A stretch of 64,000 bases of DNA from positions 1 through 64,000 of IMG/VR virus record IMGVR_UViG_3300028394_002328. One strand, 5' to 3'. The stretch's first letter is position 1, and each line of letters opens with the position of its first letter. Positions 1-11,700 of this stretch are shown piece by piece. The position numbers were made by a program, and so were the translations under genes. The notes under the pieces were generated by a model. The model made no database searches and was not told where the DNA came from. It saw only the letters and a list, made by a program, of their open reading frames with translations.

Positions 1-2
1 CA

Positions 3-1082
3 GGGGATCAAGAAGCAATAGAAAATGAATCAAACAAAAAATTACGCTGGTATAATATATCCAGTGTATTGACCGAAGCAGCATGGGATCCTTTATTAAA
101 AGATTTTGCATATAAAATTACATATATCATTGTTCCTTATGAAATACCCATTATACTTTCTGCATATGCTGATAGAACTACTCCGTATTATGGCCCAGTG
201 AAAAGATATGATTATTGGTATACTGGTAAAAATACTGAAGTAATAAAATATGAACAAACACTTAACAATGCTTATTTTACAGTAAGCTTGGGTTCAGATG
301 GTATTAGTTCAAAGTCTACTGGCGGCGGCGCAGATGTTCCAATTAATACACAAGGTAAACGTCAATCTACTGCTAGACAAGGTAAATTAGATGTAGGATA
401 TGAAGCACAAAATAGCGTTACTACTAGTTTATATGAACCCGGAGCTTGGGCAAGTGCTAAGATTGAAATTTTAGGCGACCCTGATTGGTTAGCAGGTGAG
501 CCTCCAGGTGATCCAGCTTTATACACGCCCTTTCAGGGAACAGATTTTAGAGTAGATTTTAATGCAGGACAGGTATTTATTGAAATAGATTTCAAAGAAG
601 CATTAGACTATGTCCATAGTACTGGAACGCTGCGTATTAACGAAGATTTGTTATTGTGGGATTATCCACCTGAAATTAAAAAGAAAGTTACGGGAATTAG
701 TTTCAGAGTGATTGATATAACACATATGTTTAGAAATGGCAAATTTACTCAAGAATTAAATTGTGCTATTAATACTTTTGGATTTGATCAAGGATATGAA
801 GGCTCTAAACGAGAAACAGATGATAGAGCTAGATCACAAGAAAATCAAAGTGATGCTGAAACAAAGAGGTTAGCTTCAAAAGCTCCAGTTGGATTAGTAT
901 CGGATTCTCCCCCGCCTAATAGGGATACAAATGGCAATCTAAATAATCCTACAAGAAATACTGTAGTTAATAACCAAGAAACTATTAACACTAAAAATGG
1001 ACCAGTAGCTAATGATGATAGTGGTCTAGAACAACTATCATCGGGTACTACTCCAACTACAGGCGCCGGCAGGGAAAATTAA
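3..1082 (+). CDS. Baseplate hub/tail protein, C-terminal part (gp27/GpD-like); 5'-truncated by window edge
   Basis: The frame is open from position 3, upstream of the track start at 69. C-terminal 'AKIEILGDPDWL...FRVIDITHMFRNGKFTQEL' resembles hub proteins, and the gene lies directly upstream of the gp5-like gene. Confidence 0.6.
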   Translation, partial: GDQEAIENESNKKLRWYNISSVLTEAAWDPLLKDFAYKITYIIVPYEIPIILSAYADRTTPYYGPVKRYDYWYTGKNTEVIKYEQTLNNAYFTVSLGSDGISSKSTGGGADVPINTQGKRQSTARQGKLDVGYEAQNSVTTSLYEPGAWASAKIEILGDPDWLAGEPPGDPALYTPFQGTDFRVDFNAGQVFIEIDFKEALDYVHSTGTLRINEDLLLWDYPPEIKKKVTGISFRVIDITHMFRNGKFTQELNCAINTFGFDQGYEGSKRETDDRARSQENQSDAETKRLASKAPVGLVSDSPPPNRDTNGNLNNPTRNTVVNNQETINTKNGPVANDDSGLEQLSSGTTPTTGAGREN

Positions 1083-1083
1083 T

Positions 1084-4000
1084 ATGGAAAATGGATTTAA
1101 ACCACTAGGGCCTACAAAATCAAGTAAACCAAATTCTGGTGGAGGTGTAACCAGAGAAGTTCCTGTACTTGGCGTAGTTAAAAATAATATAGACCCTACT
1201 AGGTCTGGTAGACTACAAGTCTATATAAGTGATTTGGGAGATGACAACCCTGATGAATCTGAAAGTTGGGTAACAGTTTCGTACATGACGCCTTTTTACG
1301 GGTTTGTAACACCCAAAGCCCCTACTGAAGGGTTCGGAGATTATAAAGCGAATCCAAGTTCATATGGTATGTGGTATAGTCCACCTGACTTAGGCACAAC
1401 CGTTATATGTATCTTTATCAACGGTGACCCTAACTATGGATATTGGATTGGATGTGTGCCCAAGCCTGAAGCATTATATATGGTGCCCGCAATTGGAGCC
1501 AGTCAAAATATTATTGCTAACACCGAGGGTGAAGCAGAAGGCTATGGTGGTGCAACTAGATTGCCCGTCACTAACATTAATACCAATAATGAATCAATTT
1601 CAGATACCGCAGATTTCTTAACGCAACCCAAGCCAGTTCATAGCTATAGTGCTATGATTCTTAACCAACAGGGTTTAATTAGAGACCCTGTTAGAGGAGC
1701 TATTAGTAGCAGCGCACAACGTGAAAGTCCAAGTAGAGTTGGTTGGGGAGTAAGTACTCCCGGACGTCCTATTTATGACGGTGGTTATGATGATGCGACT
1801 ATTGTAGATGCAGCCACTAGTGGTGCAGCAGATGAAGGATTGGTAGTAGTAGCAAGGCGTGGCGGTCATTCTATAGTTTTAGATGACGGTGACATTTTAG
1901 GACAGGACCAACTTATAAGAATTCGCAGTGCTGCTGGTCATCAAATTTTAATGAGTGATGATGCACAGACACTTTTCATCATTCATAGCAATGGACAAAG
2001 TTATATTGAATTAGGCAAAGAGGGTACAATAGACATGTACTCTACCAACAGTGTGAATATTAGAACTCAAGGAGATTTAAATTTACACGCAGATAATAAT
2101 ATCAACATTAATGCTAAGAAAAAATTAAACATTAAAGCTGAAGATATTAATATTGAATCTGAGAAAACTACTTCTCAAAAAGTAGGCACAAATAATAGTG
2201 TTTATACTATGGGCACGTTTACACACAAAGTAGATGGTGCAATGAGTATGGCAGCAGGCGGCGAAGGCTCATATGCTAGTGGCGGCGTAATGTATGTCAA
2301 TGGCGATAAGGTAAATTTAAATACAGGAGCTACTTCAACTACCCCACAGGTTGTCCCTGCGATACCTATTTTAGCACAGACTGACACATTATATGATTCA
2401 TCAAAAGGATATGTTGCCGCACCTGGTAAATTACAAACTATTGTGTCCAGAGCACCTGCACACTCTCCGTGGGCAAACGCAGGACAAGGTGTTGATGTTA
2501 AAACTAGTAGTAGTGCAAGTTCTGAATTACCTCCTGCTCCTAGTCCAGCTGTAGAAGCAACTAATACCGCAGCGGCTGCATCCACTACTGCTGCACCCGC
2601 AACACCGGCGACTATTGCTACAGTTCCTCCCGTAACTGCTGCCAGTGGTACGATGGATTCAAATACTACTGGAGCAATGGTTAGCGCATCGGCAACAACT
2701 GTGGCTGAAGGGCCGGCTAGTAGAGCGATTCAAGCAGGCGCAGGCGTTGTATCTTCTTCACAAGGACCGGTTGCGGCAGTGGGTGCATTGGCGCAAACTC
2801 CTGCACAATTAGAATCTGCTGGCATATTAAAACCAGGATCAGCAACTTTAGTTAACAGTTTAGTACAAGGTGGATCCAATGTACAGGCTGCAATGACTAA
2901 CAATTTATTCACAGGTGTTCCTGGCGCAGAAAATTTAAAGGCATTGACTAGTAATATCCCTGCTCAAGTCAACGCTAAAGTAACTACTTTCCAACAAGCT
3001 CAAACTGCCTTAACAGGTGCAGGTGTAATTACAGGAAAAGAAAGTCCGGTCGCTACAGCAGGATTAATAATGGCAGGTGCTTCGGCGGGTGTAGGGGCTA
3101 CACTTAACACAATGAGTTCTTTAGTTAGCTCTAGCACTATAAATTCTTTAGGAAAAACATTAGGAGCTGCTGCTAATTTATCAAATGCATTGGGTGCAGG
3201 TGGTTCAGCAAAAGCACTACTTAGCACTTCTAGTGCTATTACTAGCACATTAAAGGCAGGCAACTTAGCGGCTGGATTGGCTCAAACAGTTTCAGGCGGC
3301 CTTGGGTCAATTGCTGAAGCGTCTAAAGCGTTGAATCAATTACAGGGATTAAACAATGCAATAATAAGTGCATCTAGAGGACCCGCAGCACAGGCGTTTG
3401 GGGCGATATTAGGTACTCTTAAACCATTAAAAGTAGGTATCCCACAAAACTTATTCAGCATTGCAAGAAACGCATTAAAAACTGCTGATGCAGTTTCTAA
3501 AGGTGATTTAATTAAATCTGCTACTGGGGCATTGTCAACTATCGGGGCAATAGGGGGTCCAGGTACTAGTAAAATCACTGGTGCATTGTCTGGTACGGTA
3601 AATGCTATAGGTGTGCTTTCTTCTGCTACTACACCGGCTGCTGCATTCCGTGGGTTAACGGGCATAATAGGTGGTATAGGTAGCGTAGGATCTGCGACTG
3701 GCAATAAAAATGTTTCTCAAATTTCAAAACAAGTTAACTCTGCACTATCAGGTGCTAACAGAATATTACAGGCAGGAACACAATTATCAAAAGCTACTGA
3801 TATTGCTGGCTCACTAAATGCAACTGCAAATGCGGTGCGTGGAGCTAGTCAATTGAACACAGCATTAGGCGGAATATCCGCACTAGCTAGTGGAATCTCC
3901 AATCTACCCGGTGGACAAAAATCTATTTCTAGTGTAGTAAATAAATCAGCTAATTCATTGACCGCTGCATTACCTGCTGCATTAGCCGTAGGAGCATTAG

Positions 4001-4827
4001 TGTCTACTACATTGTCTGCTGCAAAAAATAATATATCACCTCAGTTAAGTTTGCAAGGTGCTACTGCGGGAATACAAGGAATAGCCGGCGGCGTGACAAA
4101 TGCAATAGCATCTAGTCCAATTGGAAAATTAGCATCTGCTATAGGTGGTACAGGATTGTCTAGTTTAACAGGCGGCGCCACTAGTGTTGCTAGTGCAGTA
4201 GGATTAAGTAATCCTGCATCAGCATTATCTACTGTGGCTAGTCTTGCCGGCACAGCAGCAGCATTTAGTAATCCTCTAACAGCATTAACAGCAGGCATAC
4301 CCGGCGGATTAACTGGAGGTATACCTGATATTGCTGGTCAACTCGGTGGTGCATTAGACAAGCTTAAATCAGGTTCTAGTAGTCTTTCATCATTGGCACT
4401 AAGTGGCCTACCCCCGGGTGCTGCGGCTGAGATAAATGCAGCAATGTCATCACTTGCGTCAGTTGGTGCTTCTCCTGTTAAACTCCCAACAGTAGCATCA
4501 AACACTTTTGATAGAAGTGAAATTACCGCACAAATAGGTTCACTATTAGGTGATCCAAAAATACCTAAACCAAACTTTACCGGCGAAATTCCAAGTGCAG
4601 CAAAAGCAGCACTACAAGCAGCGCAGGAAAAAGTTACAAAATCTACTATGGTAAGTTCAGAGGTAGCTACACTTTCTATAGACTTAAAACAAGCTCAATC
4701 ACAATTAGAAGCGGCCGAACAATCATTACCACCAGGCGATCCTCAACTAGAAACTACTAAAGAAAAGGTACTAGATTTAGTTGCTAAACTTGAAGCCAAG
4801 AGCCAAGAGCTATCTTCGTTGACATAA
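1084..4827 (+). CDS. Baseplate central spike, T4 gp5/VgrG-like, with long Ala/Gly/Ser-rich C-terminal extension
   Basis: N-terminal OB-fold motifs 'GVVKNNIDPTRSGRLQVYI' and 'PPDLGTTVICIFINGD'; 'GHSIVLDD...GHQILMSD' and beta-helix-like 'VNIRTQGDLNLHADNNININA'; located immediately before the gp25-like gene. Confidence 0.8.
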   Translation: MENGFKPLGPTKSSKPNSGGGVTREVPVLGVVKNNIDPTRSGRLQVYISDLGDDNPDESESWVTVSYMTPFYGFVTPKAPTEGFGDYKANPSSYGMWYSPPDLGTTVICIFINGDPNYGYWIGCVPKPEALYMVPAIGASQNIIANTEGEAEGYGGATRLPVTNINTNNESISDTADFLTQPKPVHSYSAMILNQQGLIRDPVRGAISSSAQRESPSRVGWGVSTPGRPIYDGGYDDATIVDAATSGAADEGLVVVARRGGHSIVLDDGDILGQDQLIRIRSAAGHQILMSDDAQTLFIIHSNGQSYIELGKEGTIDMYSTNSVNIRTQGDLNLHADNNININAKKKLNIKAEDINIESEKTTSQKVGTNNSVYTMGTFTHKVDGAMSMAAGGEGSYASGGVMYVNGDKVNLNTGATSTTPQVVPAIPILAQTDTLYDSSKGYVAAPGKLQTIVSRAPAHSPWANAGQGVDVKTSSSASSELPPAPSPAVEATNTAAAASTTAAPATPATIATVPPVTAASGTMDSNTTGAMVSASATTVAEGPASRAIQAGAGVVSSSQGPVAAVGALAQTPAQLESAGILKPGSATLVNSLVQGGSNVQAAMTNNLFTGVPGAENLKALTSNIPAQVNAKVTTFQQAQTALTGAGVITGKESPVATAGLIMAGASAGVGATLNTMSSLVSSSTINSLGKTLGAAANLSNALGAGGSAKALLSTSSAITSTLKAGNLAAGLAQTVSGGLGSIAEASKALNQLQGLNNAIISASRGPAAQAFGAILGTLKPLKVGIPQNLFSIARNALKTADAVSKGDLIKSATGALSTIGAIGGPGTSKITGALSGTVNAIGVLSSATTPAAAFRGLTGIIGGIGSVGSATGNKNVSQISKQVNSALSGANRILQAGTQLSKATDIAGSLNATANAVRGASQLNTALGGISALASGISNLPGGQKSISSVVNKSANSLTAALPAALAVGALVSTTLSAAKNNISPQLSLQGATAGIQGIAGGVTNAIASSPIGKLASAIGGTGLSSLTGGATSVASAVGLSNPASALSTVASLAGTAAAFSNPLTALTAGIPGGLTGGIPDIAGQLGGALDKLKSGSSSLSSLALSGLPPGAAAEINAAMSSLASVGASPVKLPTVASNTFDRSEITAQIGSLLGDPKIPKPNFTGEIPSAAKAALQAAQEKVTKSTMVSSEVATLSIDLKQAQSQLEAAEQSLPPGDPQLETTKEKVLDLVAKLEAKSQELSSLT

Positions 4828-4830
4828 ATA
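4823..4830 (+). promoter_or_regulatory. Putative late promoter (CATAAATA)
   Basis: T4-like TATAAATA variant overlapping the upstream stop codon, 4 nt before ATG 4835. Confidence 0.45.
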
Positions 4831-4834
4831 CATT

Positions 4835-5284
4835 ATGCCACAATATATAGGATTCAGCACTTTAGGTGCCAATTTACCTAAAACTACTAATGCCCCTACC
4901 GGCAATGATGGCGGAACAGGTAATATTGTTCGGCAAAATACTGTAGGTAAAAAGTTTAGACTAGTAGACGAACCTTTAGTAATACAAGATTTTGTAAACG
5001 CATTAAATATTAGGCAAGGACAAAAAGTAGGTCAGCCTGGATATGGAACTACTCTTTGGTCATTTATTTTTGAACCCAATACTAATGATACACAATTTAA
5101 ATTACAGACTGAAATCCAACGTGTGGCTAGTTTAGACCCTAGACTAATAGTAAACAGTGTGATAGCTTTCCCGCAAGAGCTTGGTATATTAATTGAAGTT
5201 GAAATAGCAGTGGCCCCGTTCAATGAAGCTCAAGTTCTTAGTTTATTTGCAGATACCAATCTTTCGCAGATTTTAATTCAATAA
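4835..5284 (+). CDS. gp25: Baseplate wedge subunit, gp25-like
   Basis: 'NALNIRQGQKVGQPGYGTTLWSFIFEP...IQRVASLDPRL' fits the GPW/gp25 pattern; synteny gp5-gp25-gp6. Confidence 0.88.
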   Translation: MPQYIGFSTLGANLPKTTNAPTGNDGGTGNIVRQNTVGKKFRLVDEPLVIQDFVNALNIRQGQKVGQPGYGTTLWSFIFEPNTNDTQFKLQTEIQRVASLDPRLIVNSVIAFPQELGILIEVEIAVAPFNEAQVLSLFADTNLSQILIQ

Positions 5285-5311
5285 TTCTTAAAAACCCGAG
5301 GTTTTAGGTAT

Positions 5312-5319
5312 GATAAATA
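5312..5319 (+). promoter_or_regulatory. Putative late promoter (GATAAATA)
   Basis: Intergenic motif upstream of the gp6-like gene. Confidence 0.55.
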
Positions 5320-5336
5320 CTTAAAAGAGAAAACAT

Positions 5337-8300
5337 ATGGCTACCAGCTCACGGCAATCAGCATTATTTGGAGTAAATGATTGGCAAGCAATTTACCAAA
5401 CATTTAGAGAAGCAGACTTTCGTAGTTATGACTATGAAACTTTGCGTAAAAGCTTTATTGACTATTTGCGTCTATACTACCCTGAAACTTTTAACGACTA
5501 TATTGAAAGTTCAGAATTCATTGCTCTATTAGACGTTGTTGCTTTTATGGGGCAAGGTCTTGCGTTCCGCAATGACTTAAATACCCGTGAAAATTTTATT
5601 GATACAGCAGAACGCAGAGATAGCGTTATCAAGTTAGCCAATTTGGTTAGCTATAATCCAAAGCGCAATTTAGCCGGACAGGGTTTTCTAAAAGTTATAA
5701 GCATACAAACTACACAGAACATCAACGACCTTAATGGAATCAATTTAGGAAATCTTCCTATACTATGGAATGACCCTGCTAACCCAAATTGGTTAGAACA
5801 ATTCAACACAATTATAAATGCAGCATTAGTTAATACTCAAAGAGTAGGTCGCCCGGGTAACGTAGCAGACTTGTTGGGTGTACTTACAAGTGAATACGCA
5901 TTAAAAATTCCTCAGGATACCTTGCCAATCGTGCCATTCACTAGCACGATAGATGGTATTACTATGAATTTTGAATTAGTAAGTGTTACCAGTGTAGATG
6001 AAGATTATGTTTACGAAATACCACCTGCACCAACAGGTACATTTAATATGGTATATCGTAATGACAAGTTAGGCTATGGTAGTCCTAACACCGGATATTT
6101 CTTTTATTTTAAGCAAGGGACATTACAAAATTACGATTTTATATTAGAACAACAAATTTCTAATCAAGTTGTTAACATTGGGGATATCCAAGGTGTTAAT
6201 AATACAGACACTTGGTTATATCAATTAAATGAAAACAATGGTACAAGATTAGCTTGGAGAAAAGTAGACAATGTATACGCAGATGCTTACCTTCAAACTG
6301 AAACAAGTCAACGTAAAATCTTTGCGGTAGCTTCTAGATTCAATGACCAAGTAGCATATACGTTCGGCGACGGCGTATTCAGTCAAATACCTGTAGGAAC
6401 TTATAGAGCATATGTTCGTGCAGGGAATGCATTAACATATACTATTGATCCAAATGAAATGCAAGGCATTTCAGTATCATTTAATTATGTTGATAGATTT
6501 GGAAAAACACAAATACTAACGGTAGCATTAGCTCTACAGTTACCTGTATCAAATGCTCAAGTTCGTGAACCATTAGCTCAAATTAAACAAAGAGCTCCTA
6601 CTAGGTATTACACACAGAACCGTATGGTAAATGGTGAAGATTATAATAACTTTCCGTATACCTTATATAGTTCTATTATAAAATCTAAAGCTATCAACAG
6701 AAGTTCAGTAGGTGTAAGTAAAAATTTAGACTTACTTGATCCTACAGGAAAATATTCAAGCATTAATTCATTTGCTACAGATGGCGCAATGTGGCAAGAT
6801 GATGCCAATGGTTATCTATCGTTAACTATAAACAACACCGGTAATATTATTACCTTTTTAACAGACACTCTTGGTTCGGTACTATCAAGCAATAGAACTA
6901 CTCAATACTACACACAAAATTATACTCAATACACTATTAACCAAGCATCTGGAGATGGAGTAGTTTATTGGCAAACTAGTTCAGTGGATGCGAATTCATT
7001 AACTGGATATTTTTACAACTTAGTTTCTAATACTGAAACGTCAATTCCAATTGGTACGTATTCTACTAACAACGTTAAGTATATTACACCTGGTGCATTG
7101 ATTAAATTTGTTGCGCCGAGTGGATATTACTTTGATGCTAATAATCGTCTAGTAGCCGGTATCCCTGGACCAAGCGAACAAACTTTTATTTGGACAACTG
7201 TACTAAGTGTTATCGGTGATGGATATAATAATGGTCAGGGTTCTTTTAGTAATGGATCAGGACCAGTTACATTGAATGGTTATGTTCCAGCTGGAGCACA
7301 AATAACTACTGTACTGCCTGCATTTGACAATTCATTATCTAATGCTATTATCCAAGAATGTATTATTAGAATGGAGTTACAACAAAATTTTAGTCTTGTT
7401 TTTAATAATGCATTGACTATTGCAGAAGATCGCTGGAGTATTAGACAGTATAATGATGCTAATTACTTTATCAATTTTTTAAGTTTAGGTAATACAAGAT
7501 ATACAATAAGTTATAGATCATTAAAGTATTACTTTGGTAGTGTACAAGATACTAGATTTACTTTTGACCGAGACAAGTTAGTTTATGATCCTTTTAGTGG
7601 AAAAATTTTACAAGATTTTGTAAAGGTATTAGCCACTAATACCCAGCCAAGTAATAACTATCCTTTAGCTAAAGATATTCAAGTAAATATTATTGGTCAA
7701 ACAGTTGAGAGTGATGGATATATTAATGATTTTGAAGTTGAAGTTGCTAGTACAGATATTAATAATCGTGGATTAATAATAAATCCTACATTTTTCCAAA
7801 CGGTTACTGGTTATACAACCGGCGGAGCAAATACTGGGATCTATGTATTTTTTGAATTAGTAGAAGATGCAATTAATCTTTCACGCTATCAACTTGTTCC
7901 TAGCTCAGAAGTAGTGCAATATCAAACTAAAACTCAGATTGAAGTTGTAAAATATGATTATCCATTAGGTCAATTATTCTATGCATATGGGGACAACTTA
8001 TTCTATACTTCGGTGCAGGATACTACAGTAACCACTCCATACTACTTACTAGTAGAGCAACCACAATATTCAATCAGACCAGGTAGACAGGGTTTACAGT
8101 TTCAATATAGACATAATAGTAACAATACAACTCGTATTGATCCTGCAACTACCAATATTATTGATTTATATGTAGTTACACAAGCATATTACACTAACTA
8201 TCAAAAATATATTCAAGATACGACGAACACAGTGCCCATGCCACCTAAACCAACTATCAGTGAACTAACGCAGGACTATGGGCAAGTAAATGATTATAAA

Positions 8301-8708
8301 ATGTTAACTGACAGCGTAATATTAAACAGTGTAATATTCAAGCCATTATTTGGACCTAAGGCGGCTGCTAACCTTAGAGGTACTATTAAAGTTATAAAAA
8401 ATAATAACGTAAATGCTAGTAATAGTGAGATTCGTACAGCAGTTCTTACTGCCATGAATGCTTATTTTAATATTAATAATTGGAATTTTGGAGATACTTT
8501 TTACTTCTCTGAATTGAGTGCTTATCTGCATGATCAGGTTGGAGAATTAATTAGTTCTGCTGTATTAGTTCCAAACGATCCTACAATGTCATTTGGCGAT
8601 CTATATGAAATTAAATGTGCGCCATATGAGATTTTCGTCAATGCTGCTACTGCCGATGATGTATTGGTTATTGCAGCGCTCACTCCCGCCGAGTTACAAA
8701 TTAGATAA
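5337..8708 (+). CDS. Baseplate wedge protein, gp6-like
   Basis: 'DYETLRKSFIDYLR...ENFIDTAERRDSVIKLANLVSYNP', 'YTFGDGVFSQIP' and 'QNRMVNGEDY' are typical of gp6/baseplate-J-like proteins. Confidence 0.85.
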   Translation: MATSSRQSALFGVNDWQAIYQTFREADFRSYDYETLRKSFIDYLRLYYPETFNDYIESSEFIALLDVVAFMGQGLAFRNDLNTRENFIDTAERRDSVIKLANLVSYNPKRNLAGQGFLKVISIQTTQNINDLNGINLGNLPILWNDPANPNWLEQFNTIINAALVNTQRVGRPGNVADLLGVLTSEYALKIPQDTLPIVPFTSTIDGITMNFELVSVTSVDEDYVYEIPPAPTGTFNMVYRNDKLGYGSPNTGYFFYFKQGTLQNYDFILEQQISNQVVNIGDIQGVNNTDTWLYQLNENNGTRLAWRKVDNVYADAYLQTETSQRKIFAVASRFNDQVAYTFGDGVFSQIPVGTYRAYVRAGNALTYTIDPNEMQGISVSFNYVDRFGKTQILTVALALQLPVSNAQVREPLAQIKQRAPTRYYTQNRMVNGEDYNNFPYTLYSSIIKSKAINRSSVGVSKNLDLLDPTGKYSSINSFATDGAMWQDDANGYLSLTINNTGNIITFLTDTLGSVLSSNRTTQYYTQNYTQYTINQASGDGVVYWQTSSVDANSLTGYFYNLVSNTETSIPIGTYSTNNVKYITPGALIKFVAPSGYYFDANNRLVAGIPGPSEQTFIWTTVLSVIGDGYNNGQGSFSNGSGPVTLNGYVPAGAQITTVLPAFDNSLSNAIIQECIIRMELQQNFSLVFNNALTIAEDRWSIRQYNDANYFINFLSLGNTRYTISYRSLKYYFGSVQDTRFTFDRDKLVYDPFSGKILQDFVKVLATNTQPSNNYPLAKDIQVNIIGQTVESDGYINDFEVEVASTDINNRGLIINPTFFQTVTGYTTGGANTGIYVFFELVEDAINLSRYQLVPSSEVVQYQTKTQIEVVKYDYPLGQLFYAYGDNLFYTSVQDTTVTTPYYLLVEQPQYSIRPGRQGLQFQYRHNSNNTTRIDPATTNIIDLYVVTQAYYTNYQKYIQDTTNTVPMPPKPTISELTQDYGQVNDYKMLTDSVILNSVIFKPLFGPKAAANLRGTIKVIKNNNVNASNSEIRTAVLTAMNAYFNINNWNFGDTFYFSELSAYLHDQVGELISSAVLVPNDPTMSFGDLYEIKCAPYEIFVNAATADDVLVIAALTPAELQIR

Positions 8709-8716
8709 TTATATAT

Positions 8717-11700
8717 ATGGCAACTAGAATCCGCACCCTAAACTTTCTACCAGAAATATTTCAAACTCCAACTAATGCTCAATTTTTAGCGGCTACTTTG
8801 GACCAACTTGTAGCTCAACCGCTGACTAAAACGATTGAAGGTTATGTAGGTAGTAGGTTTGGATATGGGGTTAATGCCAAAGATTATTATGTAACTGAAC
8901 CAACGAAAGTAAGAACAGATTATCAATTAGATCCAGGTGTAGTATTCACTAAAACTAATCAATCTACAGCACAAGATTTTATTAGTTACCCAGGTATACT
9001 TGATGCTCTTAAACTTGAAGGAGCATTAACTGACAATAATAGTAGACTTTTTAATAGTCAATTTTACTCATGGGATTCGTTTACTAATTTAGATAAGATT
9101 ATTAATTTTAATCAATACTATTGGATTCCTGAAGGCCCTGAACAAGTAGTAGTATCGTCTGATACAGTATTTGCTACTAACGATTACTTAGTAACTGATG
9201 TTATCAATGGGTATAATATTACACCTATTACTTCAACTGAGATAGGAACTACTAACCCAACATTAACATTGTTAAGAGGTGGTACATATACTTTTGCAGT
9301 TAATCAATCAGGTCAATTTTGGATTCAAGGTGCACCTGGTGTAACAGGGTATAGTCCAACTCAACCTAATTTACAAACTAGAGATGTATACGGTGTAGAT
9401 AATAATGGTGCAACTATAGGAACAGTTACATTCACAGTTCCTCCAAAAGACGCTCAAAATAATTATAATTTTCCTGGCAACAACTTAGTTGATGTAGTAA
9501 GCGATATTCCCTTCAATCAAGTCAACGGTGCTAGACTAAGTGATCTAGGTGGTATTGACGGTGTTACTGCGTTAAACGGCTTAACAGTGTTATTTTATAA
9601 TACAGGCATATCTAATGAAATTGGATTTACTTCAAATTTCTTTGACTACACAAATTATGATTACAATAATGATTTAGTAGCTACTGAAACTATTAATGTA
9701 ACCGCAACATCATCGACCGGCAATCTTATTACATGTGATTCAACTAGCAATTTAATAGTTGGAAATTCAATAGTATTCTCAGGAGTCGGTTTTGGTGGAT
9801 TGTCTATCTATTCTGAAACTTTACCTGATACATTATATTTCGTAGAAAGTATTTCAAGTCCTACTGAATTTTCAGTGTCATTATCAGTTGGTGGAGCGCA
9901 AGTACCTTTATCAAATGCTGCAGGTACATTAGTAGGTACAACTAATCAAGGACTGTTAGAAGAAGGTTTTTACACAACTGTTAACCAAAATTTCTATACA
10001 ATAGAATATATAGGAGATTTAACAGATCCTGTAATCAGATTAATACCTAGTTCTCTTATTCCTACTAATCAGAAAATAACAGCAAGTTTTGGTACACAAT
10101 GGATAAGCAGAGTTTTTTATAAAACTGCTTTTGGTATTATAAACATTGTTCCGTTTATAAGTGCCCCATTAGATACTCTATACTATCAAGATGGTACTAG
10201 TGCAAACAAAGTTGGTATAATTCGTATTATTGATAGTAATATAACGAATACGCTAGATGTAGAAACTGATATTTTAGGTCAGCCGCAATTCACTGCAACA
10301 AATGGTGTAGTGTTTACTAATGGATTAAAAGTAGTATTTCAGGGCGATGTAATTCCTGCAAGTTATAAAACTGGCGCATATTATGTTGAGGGCGTTGGTA
10401 GTAGCATAGAATTAATTCCAGTGAGTAATCTTATATCACCGGACCCCTTCACATCAAGTACATATGTACCATGGGATACTACAGCATGGGATATTGGTAA
10501 TTGGGAAGGAACTTCATATATTCCTGTAACTCCTGATTACATTACTATTGCAAGAAATAGTATTGACCGTAATGCTTGGTCAAGAAGTAATAGATGGTTC
10601 CATATTGACGTAATTAATGCTACGGCTGAATATAACAATGATCCTACATTAGTTACATTGTATGCTACATCAGAATATAAGGCTAAACGACCTATAATTG
10701 AATTTTATCCTAACTTGCGGTTATTTAATACCGGCATTGAAGGTAAAGCACCAGTAGACTTCATTGATTTTAGAACAACTGATGCATTTTCCCAAGTTGC
10801 AGGGCAGGAAAATTATTACCCTGATGTAACAGCATATACTGGGTATGACGCAGTTATTGGCACAGTAGCATCAAATACTACTACCACTATAGTTATTCCT
10901 ATTGAAAGTGTTCAGGGTACATTTGAAATAGGGCAATATGTTGCAGACTCTACAAATTTATTGCCTACTAATTCATATATTACCAATATCGTAACCACAA
11001 CTACGACCGTTACTTTAACTATAGAATGGGAATTCTCTACATCATTTACCGGTACTAGCGTAGCATCAGTGATAGGTACTGACACTACTGTAGATAATTA
11101 TGCTCTATTTGATGGATCACGCATAATATTTGCAGCCGATACTGACATAAATGTTAAAAACAAAATTTATGTATCTAGATTTTCTTCTATAAGTGGCTCT
11201 ACTCCAGTTATTACGTTAACTGAAGCAACTGATGGAGAAGTATTAGTTAATCAAGGAACAGTAATATTAAGAGGCTATGTTAATCAAGGTTTTGATTTTT
11301 ATTTTGATGGCTTAGAATGGATTGAGTCGCAAGAGAAAATAACGGTAAATCAACCCCCACTGTTTGATGTATTTGATGATAATGGAATTAGCTTTGGTAA
11401 TACTGATTTATATGTTGGTACTTCTTTCATAGGTAATAAATTATTTGCGTATGGTATTGGTGCAGGCATAAACGACATTGTATTAGGATTTCCAATAAGA
11501 TATAGTTCTGTAGATAATGTGGGTGATATATCATTTGACGTATCATTAAATTTAGATAAATTTAACTATGTGCAAGGTTCAACTCCTATTACGCAAAATG
11601 TTAATACTGGTTATGTGCATCAAGCAGTCAGCCGAACTGAATATATAAGACAAATTGGGTGGCAGACAGCAGTATCACCGAGTATTCAATATCAAATATT

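Noticed and set aside
5287-5308. Hairpin AAAACC-CGA-GGTTTT as a terminator
   Set aside because: Short AT-rich stem, 3-nt loop and no separate U-tract; too weak to call.
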